A DNA stretch of 64,000 nucleotides from a virus. Its lineage: Duplodnaviria; Caudoviricetes. This document shows positions 39,915 through 50,593 of this stretch, one piece after another (position 1 is the first letter of the stretch; the number at the start of each line of letters is the position of its first letter). The stretch spans positions 32,001 through 96,000 of the IMG/VR virus record IMGVR_UViG_2728368993_000001, one strand, 5' to 3'. A model generated the notes under the pieces. That model did no database searches. It saw only the letters and a list, made by a program, of their open reading frames with translations, and was not told the origin of the DNA. A program made the position numbers and the translations under genes.

Positions 39915-41062
39915 ACGTTCAACACCTCCGCTTCTTTGATTTTTTCTGTTATGTTGCACGTTATTATGTTGTTGTTGTATGAGTTTCCTCCTGAGTACGA
40001 ACCCGGCGATGCCGTTACAAAAATTTCCCCTTTATGTTGGAAAATACAGCATTGGCCGTAATCGCTATTTATATTCATAAAATCGAATGCTATTAATGGC
40101 TTCAAGGAAATTGTGTTATTTGCGCTATTATATTTCCATCCGTTTATAAAAATTTTGCCAGTTGCCTGAGCGATCATATATATATTGCCATTGAAAGTGA
40201 TAGTGTTGAATACCCACCTACCCCTTCCCAAATAATCATCGACATTTAATTTCAAAGTCATTGTTTCTATATCAACAATGTTATTCTTGTCCGTTAACCA
40301 TAAACTACCACTGATATTTTTTATACCAATCACACCATATTGGTTTTTAAAGGCTGAAAAGAGTATGATATCCGATGAATTTTGCGCAGTGGTTTTCTTA
40401 GAGTTTTTACATGTTTTCTGCGCCATATCTATTTCGAATAAATATCCGTCATAAGAACTACTGTAGCTATAGTAAGCGCCGATTTTGAATATGTCTGAGT
40501 CCAGATCACGGAAAGCCGTTACTTCACCGCTTATTGTAGAATCTCCGTTCAACATGGTTATTGTTACTTTTGTCCATGTGACGGTCGTTAAAACGCTCGG
40601 TAGTTGAACATAGAAATATTCACTATTACTTGTCATACTTCCCGGAGCTAACACATGAAGAACATTTCTTTTATCTATCATAGTTACTACATTGTAATTT
40701 GACGCTCTCCCAAGCGTGAGAGCTTGATTCAAAACCATCGTTGTTGTTCTGTCGCTGTTTATTTTGAACGCTATTATCCTTGCTGTGGATCCACTGGTAC
40801 TTAGCATAACGATAAATTCATTGTTAGTTGTCGTATATACATTATTGAAATTTAGAATAGTGGGCATTTTCGGTTCCGTACTTAACGGATTATACATAGC
40901 GCCCTTATTTGCATTGTTCGACTTGTAAAAAATAGGGATTCCGAATCTTCTTGTTTCCTCGGCTGGGAGTAACCCGTAATCCGTTCGACCTTGTTCGTCT
41001 TGCAGTACCAAAAAACTAGGTAATTCTTTGTTTCCGATTCTAATGATATCACCTGTAGCCAT
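39911..41062 (-). CDS. putative receptor-binding/tail fibre distal protein
   Basis: Beta-rich, 383 aa, in the fibre module. Confidence 0.55.
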   Translation of the reverse strand: MATGDIIRIGNKELPSFLVLQDEQGRTDYGLLPAEETRRFGIPIFYKSNNANKGAMYNPLSTEPKMPTILNFNNVYTTTNNEFIVMLSTSGSTARIIAFKINSDRTTTMVLNQALTLGRASNYNVVTMIDKRNVLHVLAPGSMTSNSEYFYVQLPSVLTTVTWTKVTITMLNGDSTISGEVTAFRDLDSDIFKIGAYYSYSSSYDGYLFEIDMAQKTCKNSKKTTAQNSSDIILFSAFKNQYGVIGIKNISGSLWLTDKNNIVDIETMTLKLNVDDYLGRGRWVFNTITFNGNIYMIAQATGKIFINGWKYNSANNTISLKPLIAFDFMNINSDYGQCCIFQHKGEIFVTASPGSYSGGNSYNNNIITCNITEKIKEAEVLNV

Positions 41063-41066
41063 ATGA

Positions 41067-41567
41067 TTAAACCTCCTTTAAAAATAGTCCGTTTTTATCA
41101 ACGTGTAATGTGTATTTTTTTCCTGCGTAATCACCATCGCCAAGTGCAACACCGCCCACATTGGTAATGGCTTGTTTTACCCTTTGAGGGGTCATGTATT
41201 TATTGGTAGCCGTACCCGCTTCAGCTTCAGCTTGTGTCGCAATTCCGAAGTCTTGTACGTTCGTTAAACCAACCTGATCTTTCGTAACGGCGTGTGGGTT
41301 GTCTTTTTTATTGGCATGAGCATCAGCTTTGTCATAGGCGGTTTTTACCGCTTTTGATGTGGCTGCCATTGTTTCGCTATCGCTTGATGTACTACTCGAT
41401 AGCTGTACATGCCCCTTTTTTGTTGTTGACGCATTTTCAGCCTGATGTTCAGTAAAAGCCTTCTCTATATCATCGCCACTTCCTAAAAATGTTGTTTTTG
41501 CTTTAGCGTGTGGATAGTAGGAATTCCCCTCTGAATCTTCTATTCTAATATTTCTTTGTTCTGGCAT
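41067..41567 (-). CDS. tail fibre repeat protein
   Basis: ASTTKKGHVQLSS...AATSKAVKTAYD; NPHAVTKDQVGL; ATQAEAEAG..YMTP motifs. Confidence 0.8.
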   Translation of the reverse strand: MPEQRNIRIEDSEGNSYYPHAKAKTTFLGSGDDIEKAFTEHQAENASTTKKGHVQLSSSTSSDSETMAATSKAVKTAYDKADAHANKKDNPHAVTKDQVGLTNVQDFGIATQAEAEAGTATNKYMTPQRVKQAITNVGGVALGDGDYAGKKYTLHVDKNGLFLKEV

Positions 41568-41579
41568 AAATCATACCTC

Positions 41580-42212
41580 CTAAACCTTTTTGAAGAATAG
41601 ACTGACTTGTGTTGCACCGGCATAGGTTGTACCATATTTTAGATTTTCCCCAGAATCTCCTTTTTCCCCCTTGGGACCTTGGGATCCGGTTGCTCCCGTG
41701 TCACCTTTAGGTCCTTGAGGGCCAGTTGAACCAGAAGCACCAGTTGCTCCTGTCGGTCCTTGGGCTCCGGCGTCACCCTTTGGCCCTTGAATACCCGTGT
41801 CGCCCTTTATACCTTGATCTCCTTTAAGACCTGGAATACCCTGCGCACCTGTGTCCCCTTTAGGGCCTTTAAAATTCCCTCGATTAGTCCATGCGGCAGC
41901 TCCTGTTTTTTCATAAACGTCCCCATTTGTTGTGTTGAGAGCCCAATCCCCAACTACACCTAATCCTGTAGCAGGTGCTGCCGTTACATTAAAAAGTTTC
42001 GTTCCCGGAGTACCTGCTATCCCTTGCGCTCCAGTATCTCCTCTATCTCCCTTGTCCCCTTTTTGCAATACTAAACTTGAAATATAAGATTGAAGATCAG
42101 TTCCGTTGGCAAGAAGAACAGCTTTTGCTTCTGTTTCTGGAATTACTGTTTCTATTACACTTCCTGTATTCGGGTCTAATAATTGGATCTGAACGATATT
42201 TCTTGCCATCAA
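41580..42212 (-). CDS. collagen-like tail fibre protein
   Basis: Long Gly-X-Y runs (GPKGDTGAQG). Confidence 0.85.
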   Translation of the reverse strand: MMARNIVQIQLLDPNTGSVIETVIPETEAKAVLLANGTDLQSYISSLVLQKGDKGDRGDTGAQGIAGTPGTKLFNVTAAPATGLGVVGDWALNTTNGDVYEKTGAAAWTNRGNFKGPKGDTGAQGIPGLKGDQGIKGDTGIQGPKGDAGAQGPTGATGASGSTGPQGPKGDTGATGSQGPKGEKGDSGENLKYGTTYAGATQVSLFFKKV

Positions 42213-42219
42213 ATTCCCT

Positions 42220-42570
42220 CTATTCTTTGAATTTTATCCCCATCATTGGGCTTACTTGAATATTTTCACTGGTTCCAATTGGATTTGCGTCAGTTATATG
42301 GAAGTAAAAAGAACCTTCCTTGCGATTTTGGATTGACGGAGGGTTACTAGTTATTATTATTTTATCTTTCAGTTTCTGCGTTATTTCCGTCTTATGCGTA
42401 GCAAGCTCTTCTTTCCTAGCAAGTTCACTGAGATCAATATTTTCAGCCTTTTCATCAATTGCTTTTAATGCAGCATCAACTTTATCTAAATTTTTATTTA
42501 CGACTGCTACATCATAAAATTCTAATGGGTCTTGCTTTACTAAATTATAATTCGTTGTGTTTGTTGCCAT
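42220..42570 (-). CDS. tail fibre N-terminal adaptor protein
   Basis: MATNTTNYNLVK...FYDVAVVNKNLDKVD. Confidence 0.65.
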   Translation of the reverse strand: MATNTTNYNLVKQDPLEFYDVAVVNKNLDKVDAALKAIDEKAENIDLSELARKEELATHKTEITQKLKDKIIITSNPPSIQNRKEGSFYFHITDANPIGTSENIQVSPMMGIKFKE

Positions 42571-43118
42571 TAAGTAAGCACCTCGTTTCTTAATTGCTCA
42601 TGTGTGTAGGCTGCTAGTTGAGAATGTGTATATTTTGCTAATGTAATATGTTGATTGTATAAAAGGCTTAAATCAATAATTAGGTTTGCAGGAACAATCC
42701 TATTAAGGAGATTACCAACATCCTGAAAGTTTGATTTTGCAGTTAAAGCTATACGAACTTTTAATTTATAGTTGTTATGATCTAGCACTAATGAATAACC
42801 ATCTTCACCACAAAGATTAACGAGTTGCCTTGTGAGTGTTCGTAATGTATTAGGCAACTGCTCGTTCATCCTAACTAAAATCCTAAACTTTCGATCTTCT
42901 AACGTATCCGCACCTTTTGGAGTGATATTCATTATTTTTTCACGTCGTTGGACACCATTCGATGATGATGTGCTTATAAACTGATCATCTTTAAGTTGGT
43001 TTATGGCTGATATAATATCGTCAATTTCTCGTTTTTCAACATTCGATAATACTTGATATTCCTTTACCTCATGCAAAATGGGGGGCAGGTAATTTAATAA
43101 ATCAATGTCTCTATCCAC
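42570..43118 (-). CDS. baseplate protein (XkdU/DUF2313-like)
   Basis: LLNYLP, DTLEDRKFRI, IVPANL motifs; follows baseplate J. Confidence 0.8.
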   Translation of the reverse strand: MDRDIDLLNYLPPILHEVKEYQVLSNVEKREIDDIISAINQLKDDQFISTSSSNGVQRREKIMNITPKGADTLEDRKFRILVRMNEQLPNTLRTLTRQLVNLCGEDGYSLVLDHNNYKLKVRIALTAKSNFQDVGNLLNRIVPANLIIDLSLLYNQHITLAKYTHSQLAAYTHEQLRNEVLT

Positions 43119-44166
43119 TCACAGTCCCCCTTATAGGGATATTATCCGGTTCCAGTACAATATTTTGCTGAGCTCCATTAATCGTCGTATTCATGATATC
43201 TATGACTCCTGTTACATTTAACAATCTAGTCTCAATCTGACTATTGCGGACTACGAGGTTATCCGAGTCCGCCCAAGTCTCGGCAAGTTCAATAAAATAT
43301 TCATCTATTACAGAACATAATGATGATTCTACATCGTCCCAAATCCAGCCATCTTGTAGGGTCACATTAGTGGCAATGTTTAATATCGTTTCTGAAACTC
43401 CAACTACAGTAACGATATGCCCGATTGGAGCAATACCAACACCTTCCCCTTGATTTGTCAGAGGGTCAATTGCCATTTGCACTTGATCTATCAATACAGA
43501 ACTCGGCTTCTGGAAATCAGAATTAATGATTATTAACTTAACAGCTCCGCCGCCATTCCATGCACGATAGACTTTGACACCACCGACACCGGGTAACTCA
43601 TTTGTTTTTTCTTTATAATCAGCAATATTACCGCCAAACGCTTGCGAATCGAAACTATTAAAATATTTATTTCTTAGTGAAGCATTATCTTCTTCATCTT
43701 CACCTGGCACAAGCAACTCGGTTAATCGGGCATCGGTTAAATCATCAATATATTCAATAGGAATCAGGTTCCCTAGAAGTAAATTCGGTTCCGCACCTTC
43801 CGTTTCACATTCCATTTTAAAAACCCCATCACTAATTTTTTCTCTAACCACATAGTTATAATTCTCTAAAGAAAAACGAGATTCAATAGGTACATCAATA
43901 TTAAAAACACCTTTGAATATTGCGTGAGTTGCTGGATCAGGAGTAATACCACGCTCTGCACATCGTCGTATTAAATACTCGTCTTCGGCCGTATCGGCAA
44001 ACGTTTGATCATATGTGTAATCTATTTCAGCATATATATTACACACTTCGATAGCTGCAGGGGAAAGTGCATTCCAAATAATCGAACCTTCTCGCTTATC
44101 AACATCATCCGGGACCTCATCGAGCATTCTTTGCATAACCAGATCAAATGTTATGTGCTCGTACAT
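43111..44166 (-). CDS. baseplate J-like protein (XkdT)
   Basis: DKREGSII..AL.PAA.E; GGNIADYK; WNGGGAVK; APIGH.VTV. Confidence 0.9.
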   Translation of the reverse strand: MYEHITFDLVMQRMLDEVPDDVDKREGSIIWNALSPAAIEVCNIYAEIDYTYDQTFADTAEDEYLIRRCAERGITPDPATHAIFKGVFNIDVPIESRFSLENYNYVVREKISDGVFKMECETEGAEPNLLLGNLIPIEYIDDLTDARLTELLVPGEDEEDNASLRNKYFNSFDSQAFGGNIADYKEKTNELPGVGGVKVYRAWNGGGAVKLIIINSDFQKPSSVLIDQVQMAIDPLTNQGEGVGIAPIGHIVTVVGVSETILNIATNVTLQDGWIWDDVESSLCSVIDEYFIELAETWADSDNLVVRNSQIETRLLNVTGVIDIMNTTINGAQQNIVLEPDNIPIRGTVSG

Positions 44167-44579
44167 TAGATATTCACCGTCCTCTCAGCTCCAAAATCAC
44201 CAAATATGGTGTTAACGGTAAATGTAAGAAAAATAGATTTCTTTTGCACATCAAAAGAAAAAGCATCAACTCCAAAGATTCTGTCATCTTGTGTTAACGC
44301 CTCATATATTCTCCTTTTTAATTCGGGGATTACATATGAGGTAGGTTCCCCATATAAATCATGAAGTTCTATTCCGTAGTTCCACGAATAGATAATATGC
44401 TCATATCGCTCTGTATTCAGAATTAAATAAACAGCCTGTTTAACTGCTTCTAAACCATCTACAAAACCTAAAATAATATTTTTATTTAAATCTATAAAAT
44501 ACGATTTAGTAGGTTGTTCCTCTATTTCAAAATCATCTTGTAAATCATCATAGTCATTATTAGGAATCATCATAATCAC
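44166..44579 (-). CDS. XkdS/DUF2634 baseplate protein
   Basis: DGLEAVKQA..LILNTERY...YS..YG.E. Confidence 0.85.
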   Translation of the reverse strand: MIMMIPNNDYDDLQDDFEIEEQPTKSYFIDLNKNIILGFVDGLEAVKQAVYLILNTERYEHIIYSWNYGIELHDLYGEPTSYVIPELKRRIYEALTQDDRIFGVDAFSFDVQKKSIFLTFTVNTIFGDFGAERTVNI

Positions 44580-44842
44580 ATCCGATCTAAGACAACGAAC
44601 AATTGCCCTTTTTGTTGCCGCAGTAAAATTACACTGTCACCTTCTTCAAGTGGTTGTTCCGTTTCAAATCGACTAGGTATAATCAAATGGATAGCCTCTA
44701 AATTTAATTTTTGCTCAACATTAATTTGTAAAGGATTATCACTAATAACAGTACCAAATACAACAGCAGTCGGTTTGGAATCTTCAATCACATTTAAAGC
44801 TATCTTCTTAATTAGATCAACTAGGTTAGGCAATAAACTCAC
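44576..44842 (-). CDS. XkdR/DUF2577 spike protein
   Basis: FGTVIS..PL; L..GD.VILLR...GQ.FVVLDR. Confidence 0.8.
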   Translation of the reverse strand: MSLLPNLVDLIKKIALNVIEDSKPTAVVFGTVISDNPLQINVEQKLNLEAIHLIIPSRFETEQPLEEGDSVILLRQQKGQLFVVLDRM

Positions 44843-46862
44843 CGCCCCTTAATGTCAAATTCATGTAATGCTCGTCATCTTCATAAAGATGCTTGACCTT
44901 TTCAACAAGCATATAATTATTTGTTACTAAATCCCCTAGACTTAAACGGACAGCTATTAAACTACCGCCACGTACACGCCAGTCTCCCAAAGCATTATTT
45001 ATTGTAAGATTACGAGTTTTTTGATTAAGTAATGCTAGTAAGGCATTCGCTTTTACATTCCCATTCATGTTGTTATCGATCTTTTCATAATGTTGCAGGA
45101 CACCCCAGCTATTCATGTTAGCTCCATGCTGAGCGATATAAATTTCACGTACACCTTTTTCTTTATTTTCAAATGAAAGTTTGATTTTATTATAGGTTTG
45201 TTCGTCAATTGATGTGGAATAAGTAAAATTCTCTCCCGTTTCTTCATCAATCAGAAGATCCAATTTCATTTTGCTGATACCTTTTAATGTTAGTTTTCCA
45301 AAATCATCATAAAGTACGTACATTCTCGACTTGGAAACAAGCGTATCATCCAAAGCACCTTGAATAATATCAAATAAAGTCTTGTTGTCCTCGATTTTAG
45401 AAGCAATCTTATACGCTGTATTTTCAAGGCTACCAACATTCAAACGGAAATCATTTGCAATCATACTTATCACTTCATCCGCACGCTTATTAGCATACAC
45501 ATACGTATCTTTGTTTTTAAAATATCTTAGCTGGTCATAGGCTGTCACTTGAATATGATGATCTTTATCTCTTTTTTTCGTGAAGACAAAGCCATAAAAG
45601 ATTTTTATGCCATTAATTATCAAACGGACAGGGTCACCCTCTTGTACAGATATCCCATTGTCTTTAACGACGGTAAACTTTAATATACCTGGGGAACCCT
45701 TCCGTTCAGTTTCCCAAGTAATTTCATCTTTTAGCATAGGCAAAAAAATCTGAGATTTGCTTAGAATGATTAGTTCCACCGTATCTTTTGTAACTGAACC
45801 AGAATAATTTAATAATAAATTATCTCGTTTTTGCATGGATTGCCCTGTCGTATAATTTACTGTACTAGTAATAGGTTTATTTGCTGTTGTGGAAGTGCTA
45901 GATGAACTTGATGCGGTTCCTCCAGTTGCACCCGCTGATGCTGACGAACCACTTTCTATATACCTAATAACCGCACATATTTTTGTAGTATTGTAGGAAA
46001 TGCTGCCTTTAATAACACCTTTAGTTTTATTCGCAGCATGAATAATGCCGCCATCAGTATTAACGGCAGCAACATGAGTGATTTTATTCGATCTAGATGT
46101 ACCACTATCTGTGTTATAAAAAATAATATCCCCTGATCTAACTCCTATACTACTTAAAATATTCGATGGGGATGGGAGATTTTTTCCGACTTTGGTATAA
46201 CTGCTTGGATATAACAAAGAAAAACCTTTAGCATAGACCTCCTCACTTGAAGTCGTTACAGCTCTACCGTTATCCTTATGCACAAGATTTACTCCTGCTG
46301 ATTGAAAAGCACGGTAAATAAAACTGGAGCAGTCAAAGCTATTTGCCCCAAACCTATTCGCTTGGCTATAAGCCTTCCCTAATTGCTGGTTCATGTATTT
46401 TAATACTTGATCTATAATAGTTACCGATTTAACAGATGTTTTCGTTGCTGCTGTTGATGCTTTATTGTCATACTGATCCAATTTATATTTTTGTATGGTA
46501 CTAATTAACTTAGATGTATAATTAGGATCTTCCGCATATCCGGCCTGATAAACATATCTACATGCCATTTTATAATCAGTACAATCTATAAGGTTCTTAT
46601 ACCGACTTTGCCTTAAAAATAGACCTGAATGATCAGATATGCTTTCTGACCATGAATTATACTTTCTATATCCATTGTAAGATTTCCCGTTATAAGTACC
46701 TTTCATCCCAAATAAATTATTCGCATTTTTAGCTAAATTACTACTACCAAACCCACTTTCAAGGCAAGCTTGAGCTAAAGTTAGACTTGCTAATATACCC
46801 GTCCTTTCCATATCAGCAACAACGATTGGAGCAATTGTATTAATAAAATTACTTGCGCTCAA
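44826..46862 (-). CDS. XkdQ-like baseplate hub with N-terminal glucosaminidase and NlpC/P60 domains
   Basis: AQACLESGFG...NNLFGMKG...YAEDPNY (GH73); FDCSSF...HVA...IIHA (NlpC/P60); TAYDQLRYFKNKD (XkdQ). Confidence 0.85.
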   Translation of the reverse strand: MSASNFINTIAPIVVADMERTGILASLTLAQACLESGFGSSNLAKNANNLFGMKGTYNGKSYNGYRKYNSWSESISDHSGLFLRQSRYKNLIDCTDYKMACRYVYQAGYAEDPNYTSKLISTIQKYKLDQYDNKASTAATKTSVKSVTIIDQVLKYMNQQLGKAYSQANRFGANSFDCSSFIYRAFQSAGVNLVHKDNGRAVTTSSEEVYAKGFSLLYPSSYTKVGKNLPSPSNILSSIGVRSGDIIFYNTDSGTSRSNKITHVAAVNTDGGIIHAANKTKGVIKGSISYNTTKICAVIRYIESGSSASAGATGGTASSSSSTSTTANKPITSTVNYTTGQSMQKRDNLLLNYSGSVTKDTVELIILSKSQIFLPMLKDEITWETERKGSPGILKFTVVKDNGISVQEGDPVRLIINGIKIFYGFVFTKKRDKDHHIQVTAYDQLRYFKNKDTYVYANKRADEVISMIANDFRLNVGSLENTAYKIASKIEDNKTLFDIIQGALDDTLVSKSRMYVLYDDFGKLTLKGISKMKLDLLIDEETGENFTYSTSIDEQTYNKIKLSFENKEKGVREIYIAQHGANMNSWGVLQHYEKIDNNMNGNVKANALLALLNQKTRNLTINNALGDWRVRGGSLIAVRLSLGDLVTNNYMLVEKVKHLYEDDEHYMNLTLRGGEFIA

Positions 46863-46877
46863 TTCGTCACCTCATTT

Positions 46878-47543
46878 CTAACTTAACTTTATAATCTGTC
46901 CGGGATATATTTTGCTTGGGTCACTTATTTTATTTAATTTTGCTATCTCTTTATATTTATTGCCATCACCTAGATACTTTTTGCAGATATTAAATAAAGA
47001 ATCGCCTTTTTGGACTTTATAAGTCTTAACAGTAGGCTTATTTGTAGTAGGCCTGTTAGTAGTGGTGGAACTGACAGCTTTACTAGTTGTTGTAGCTGCT
47101 TTTTTAATAACAAACTTTTTGGTGGAATAAGGTTTGAATTGTTTGAGATTAAACGAAATGATCAGGTCCATACCTTCTTCTGCATCTTCGTCAATGCTGT
47201 AATCTTCAAGAGATACAGTTAGATTCGTATCGAATAAATGCTTGCCACCAGGTGAAGTTCTTGTAACTATAAATTGAAACGGCTTTTGACTTAGTTTTAA
47301 TTTCTCGATAATCCCTAAATAATAAGCAGCATCTTTGAATCCATCCTTATAGATTGCGAATGGATAACGTACTTGCGGAATCATTGCTTTGAATTCAACA
47401 TCGGTTAATCCAGCTGATTTCAAAATATTAACCTCACCATGATTGATGAGGTTAATCGTTTTGTTCTGATTATTAATATTAGTAGTGATTCGTGATGGGG
47501 TAACAGGCAACGGGACCTTATCTAAATACACAACATATGGCAT
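46878..47543 (-). CDS. XkdP-like LysM protein
   Basis: C-terminal YKVQKGDSL..I...IYPGQ. Confidence 0.85.
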   Translation of the reverse strand: MPYVVYLDKVPLPVTPSRITTNINNQNKTINLINHGEVNILKSAGLTDVEFKAMIPQVRYPFAIYKDGFKDAAYYLGIIEKLKLSQKPFQFIVTRTSPGGKHLFDTNLTVSLEDYSIDEDAEEGMDLIISFNLKQFKPYSTKKFVIKKAATTTSKAVSSTTTNRPTTNKPTVKTYKVQKGDSLFNICKKYLGDGNKYKEIAKLNKISDPSKIYPGQIIKLS

Positions 47544-49774
47544 TAAATATGATCTCCTTCCGCAGCGATGCTCATTTTTTCATAAATTGTTTGTTCTAAA
47601 TGGGCAACTACGCCATCAAGGTCTAATTCGCTGTTAATATTGTTTTGCATACCACTCATATCAACCTTGATCTCAGCTGTGGTAAAACGGTTTACAACTT
47701 CTTGTTCTGCCAAGTCACGTAGGTATTTAAGGTCCTCTTCTGTCGCTTCCATAGATTTTGCCATTTTAGCAGTATTAGCCGCTGTTTTAGCGCCATCTTT
47801 CCCCACTTTATCCAGCTTGTCGGCAACAGGTGAATTTGCTCCACTCACTCCTGCAACCTTACCCATTAAGTCCTCAAAAGTACTGCCAATATCAAGCGCA
47901 CCGCTTAATTTATCCGCAACACCTGACCCCCAATTGTAACCAGTATTATAGGCATTACCAATACTCTTCATACTCATTTTTGGAGCTTCCCAGTAACCAG
48001 ATGGAGCATCTCCGACCCAATTATTAATGCCGTTTTTCAAATGTGATAGATTACTAGTGATGGATGATTGGTATGATATTGTGGTCCCTTTCCCTATGTT
48101 TAGAAAATCCTTAATCGAGTCTGGTAAAATACTAGTAAAAGCGTTCCACGCTTTAATGGCAATATTCACTGCAGCAATAATCGCATTTACAAAATTTGTT
48201 GCAAATGTATCCCATCCGTTTGTCATGGAAATTGCCATATCAAGAACATTGGTTGTAAAGTTAGCAAACAATCTTTTTGCAGAATAAATCGGATGATTCC
48301 ACACGTTCACGAAAAATTCAGCAATAGAGGCAAACAAGTTCCACCAAAATGCTACTTGATTGTAAATTGTTGCTCCCAAGGCAGTGAAATACCCTGCTAT
48401 CATTCCTGTTGCCGAGTAGGATGTTCCTGCAAATTTATTTATAGCTGCTACTGCAAGGTAAATTACAGCGATAATAGCAATAATCCCAATAATAATCCAT
48501 GTAATAGGACAAGCATATAACGCTGCGTTCAACCCATACTGTGCAGCAGTTTGCATAAATGTTGCTCCAGTAGCCATCATTGCCGCTGCTGCTTGACCAG
48601 CAGTTCTTATAGCTAAAATAGAATTCCATACTGCAACACCGATTAACGCAGCCTTATGTGCAATTAATACGCCCGTGTATACTCCTAAAACAGAAATAAG
48701 CCCCCATACAATAGGTGCAATTAACGACCAATTATCATACATAAATCCACCAATTGTCATAATTACAGAAAGTACTAAAGTAGCCACATCCGCAAACATA
48801 TATAAGGAGTTTGTTATACCATTTATGAAACCATGGAATTTATCGCTGTTTGCTATGTCATTGATCTGCTGTAAGACAGACTGAAAAGCCCATAATGCAT
48901 TATTCTGAAAACTAGTCCATATTTGTTCAAAAGTAAGAGGCATTGAGTTGAACTTATCATTTATTTCGTCAGTGGCAGCAAACATCGCTTTCTTCACAAT
49001 GTCAGCAGTAATTTGTCCTTCTCCAGCCATTTCTCTAATCTTACCAATCGGAACTTCTAAGTAATCAGCAATGGTATGAATGATATTTGGAGCGTGCTCA
49101 AAAATACTGTTAAGTTCCTGACCTCTTAAAACTCCACCACCAAGGGCCTGAGTCAGTTGGATTGTGGCGTTTTTCATACCATCAGCACTTGTACCAGCGA
49201 TACCAAATTGCTTGTTAAGTAACTCACCAAACATTACAACTTCACTATTAGATGAAAATGCATCTCCCGCATTCATCGCTAATTTCCCAACCAAATCAGC
49301 AGTATCTGAATACACTCCATAAGATCGTTGAGCAGAGTCGAAAATCATTCTTTGTAATTCAGCAGTAGTTTGTAATCCATCATTAACCATTTCTAGACGG
49401 GCAGTTGTGTTAGTTAACTCATCAGATAGTGCGATAACATTACCACCAGCCTGAAATGAAAGATAAGTCGCAGCAACTGCTGCTAATTTGGACAAGAGAC
49501 CATTTGCAGCAGATGTACCGTCCCTTATATTATTATTGAAGCGTTGCTGTTGTTGATCTGCTTCACGGATTTCGCTTTCAATTCGATCAAAAGCTGATTC
49601 TGCTCTTTGTAATTCTTGCCTTGCCGCCTGAATACTTGCTGTATCAATCGCATTACTTGATGCCCTTTGTAGACTCTCAAACGAACTCAATACTATATTC
49701 ATCGCATTATTCATAGACTTAAAAGCCGGGGACATACCATCATATATTTGAATTGCAGTCCTTATAGTAGCCAA
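47543..49774 (-). CDS. tail tape measure protein
   Basis: QLTQALGGGVLRGQELNSI motif; Ala-rich; position in the tail module. Confidence 0.9.
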   Translation of the reverse strand: MATIRTAIQIYDGMSPAFKSMNNAMNIVLSSFESLQRASSNAIDTASIQAARQELQRAESAFDRIESEIREADQQQQRFNNNIRDGTSAANGLLSKLAAVAATYLSFQAGGNVIALSDELTNTTARLEMVNDGLQTTAELQRMIFDSAQRSYGVYSDTADLVGKLAMNAGDAFSSNSEVVMFGELLNKQFGIAGTSADGMKNATIQLTQALGGGVLRGQELNSIFEHAPNIIHTIADYLEVPIGKIREMAGEGQITADIVKKAMFAATDEINDKFNSMPLTFEQIWTSFQNNALWAFQSVLQQINDIANSDKFHGFINGITNSLYMFADVATLVLSVIMTIGGFMYDNWSLIAPIVWGLISVLGVYTGVLIAHKAALIGVAVWNSILAIRTAGQAAAAMMATGATFMQTAAQYGLNAALYACPITWIIIGIIAIIAVIYLAVAAINKFAGTSYSATGMIAGYFTALGATIYNQVAFWWNLFASIAEFFVNVWNHPIYSAKRLFANFTTNVLDMAISMTNGWDTFATNFVNAIIAAVNIAIKAWNAFTSILPDSIKDFLNIGKGTTISYQSSITSNLSHLKNGINNWVGDAPSGYWEAPKMSMKSIGNAYNTGYNWGSGVADKLSGALDIGSTFEDLMGKVAGVSGANSPVADKLDKVGKDGAKTAANTAKMAKSMEATEEDLKYLRDLAEQEVVNRFTTAEIKVDMSGMQNNINSELDLDGVVAHLEQTIYEKMSIAAEGDHI

Positions 49775-49808
49775 TTAAACCACCTACTTAAATTAAAAAA
49801 ACGCAACA

Positions 49809-50198
49809 TTAAGTCGCGTTTAAATGTTTTTTAATATACAAAACCCATCTGTCTATTCCGTCTAAATAATCTTGAAGTGTACCTTCCAAAGTTTCATATT
49901 CATATAAATCTATTAATATTTGCATCCATGTTTTTCTTCCTTGCAACTTCACTTTCCCGATAGGATAAGTAATATAATTCACATCAATTGCTTTATTACT
50001 CATTCTTCTTAACGTCAAATTCTTTGTTTCGCCATTTTGAGAAAGCCTTAGTATTAAATGATGAATAAATTGCTTTTCTTCTTCAGAGATCTCACAATAT
50101 TTACTTTCCCTTAATTCTCTTGTAACCATATCATAGATGTCCAAATTAACTCCGATATGCTTAACTTTAGCTTTCTTAGAAAATAACTTAAACAACAT
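49809..50198 (-). CDS. hypothetical moron protein
   Basis: 129-aa ORF between the chaperone and tape measure genes. Confidence 0.6.
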   Translation of the reverse strand: MLFKLFSKKAKVKHIGVNLDIYDMVTRELRESKYCEISEEEKQFIHHLILRLSQNGETKNLTLRRMSNKAIDVNYITYPIGKVKLQGRKTWMQILIDLYEYETLEGTLQDYLDGIDRWVLYIKKHLNAT

Positions 50199-50200
50199 AA

Positions 50201-50542
50201 TCAGAACAGCCTTTGGATTAAAGCTTTGTATAATTTCTCATCAATCTCTATAAGACTTTTGTTTCCATCATTAAATTCAATTGCAATGACATGAGTTCCT
50301 TTTGTTTTAGCTGTTAAGCCTGCTAATAATCCAACAGGTCCCAATAAAGCACCACCTACTAACCCTCTCGCAATTCCACTAGTTGCACTCTTTCGATGAT
50401 CCTCTGTAATAACTTCGTAATTGGCTACATTTTCTTTCGTCAATTCAATTGGAGTGCTCGGTGTAGCATAAATACCAGGAGTTACAAATCCCATTACCAT
50501 ACTACCCTCATATTCTCCAGCAATAACTTTATTTCGTGCCAT
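50201..50542 (-). CDS. hypothetical moron protein with glycine zipper
   Basis: GLVGGALLGPVGLLAG; RBS GGAGGGG. Confidence 0.7.
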   Translation of the reverse strand: MARNKVIAGEYEGSMVMGFVTPGIYATPSTPIELTKENVANYEVITEDHRKSATSGIARGLVGGALLGPVGLLAGLTAKTKGTHVIAIEFNDGNKSLIEIDEKLYKALIQRLF

Positions 50543-50593
50543 GTTTAACCCCTCCTATTCCATAAGTATACAAAAAAGGGAGGGATCATTCTA

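Noticed and set aside
41640-42060. GC-richer periodic nucleotide repeats
   Set aside because: Explained by collagen Gly-X-Y codons.
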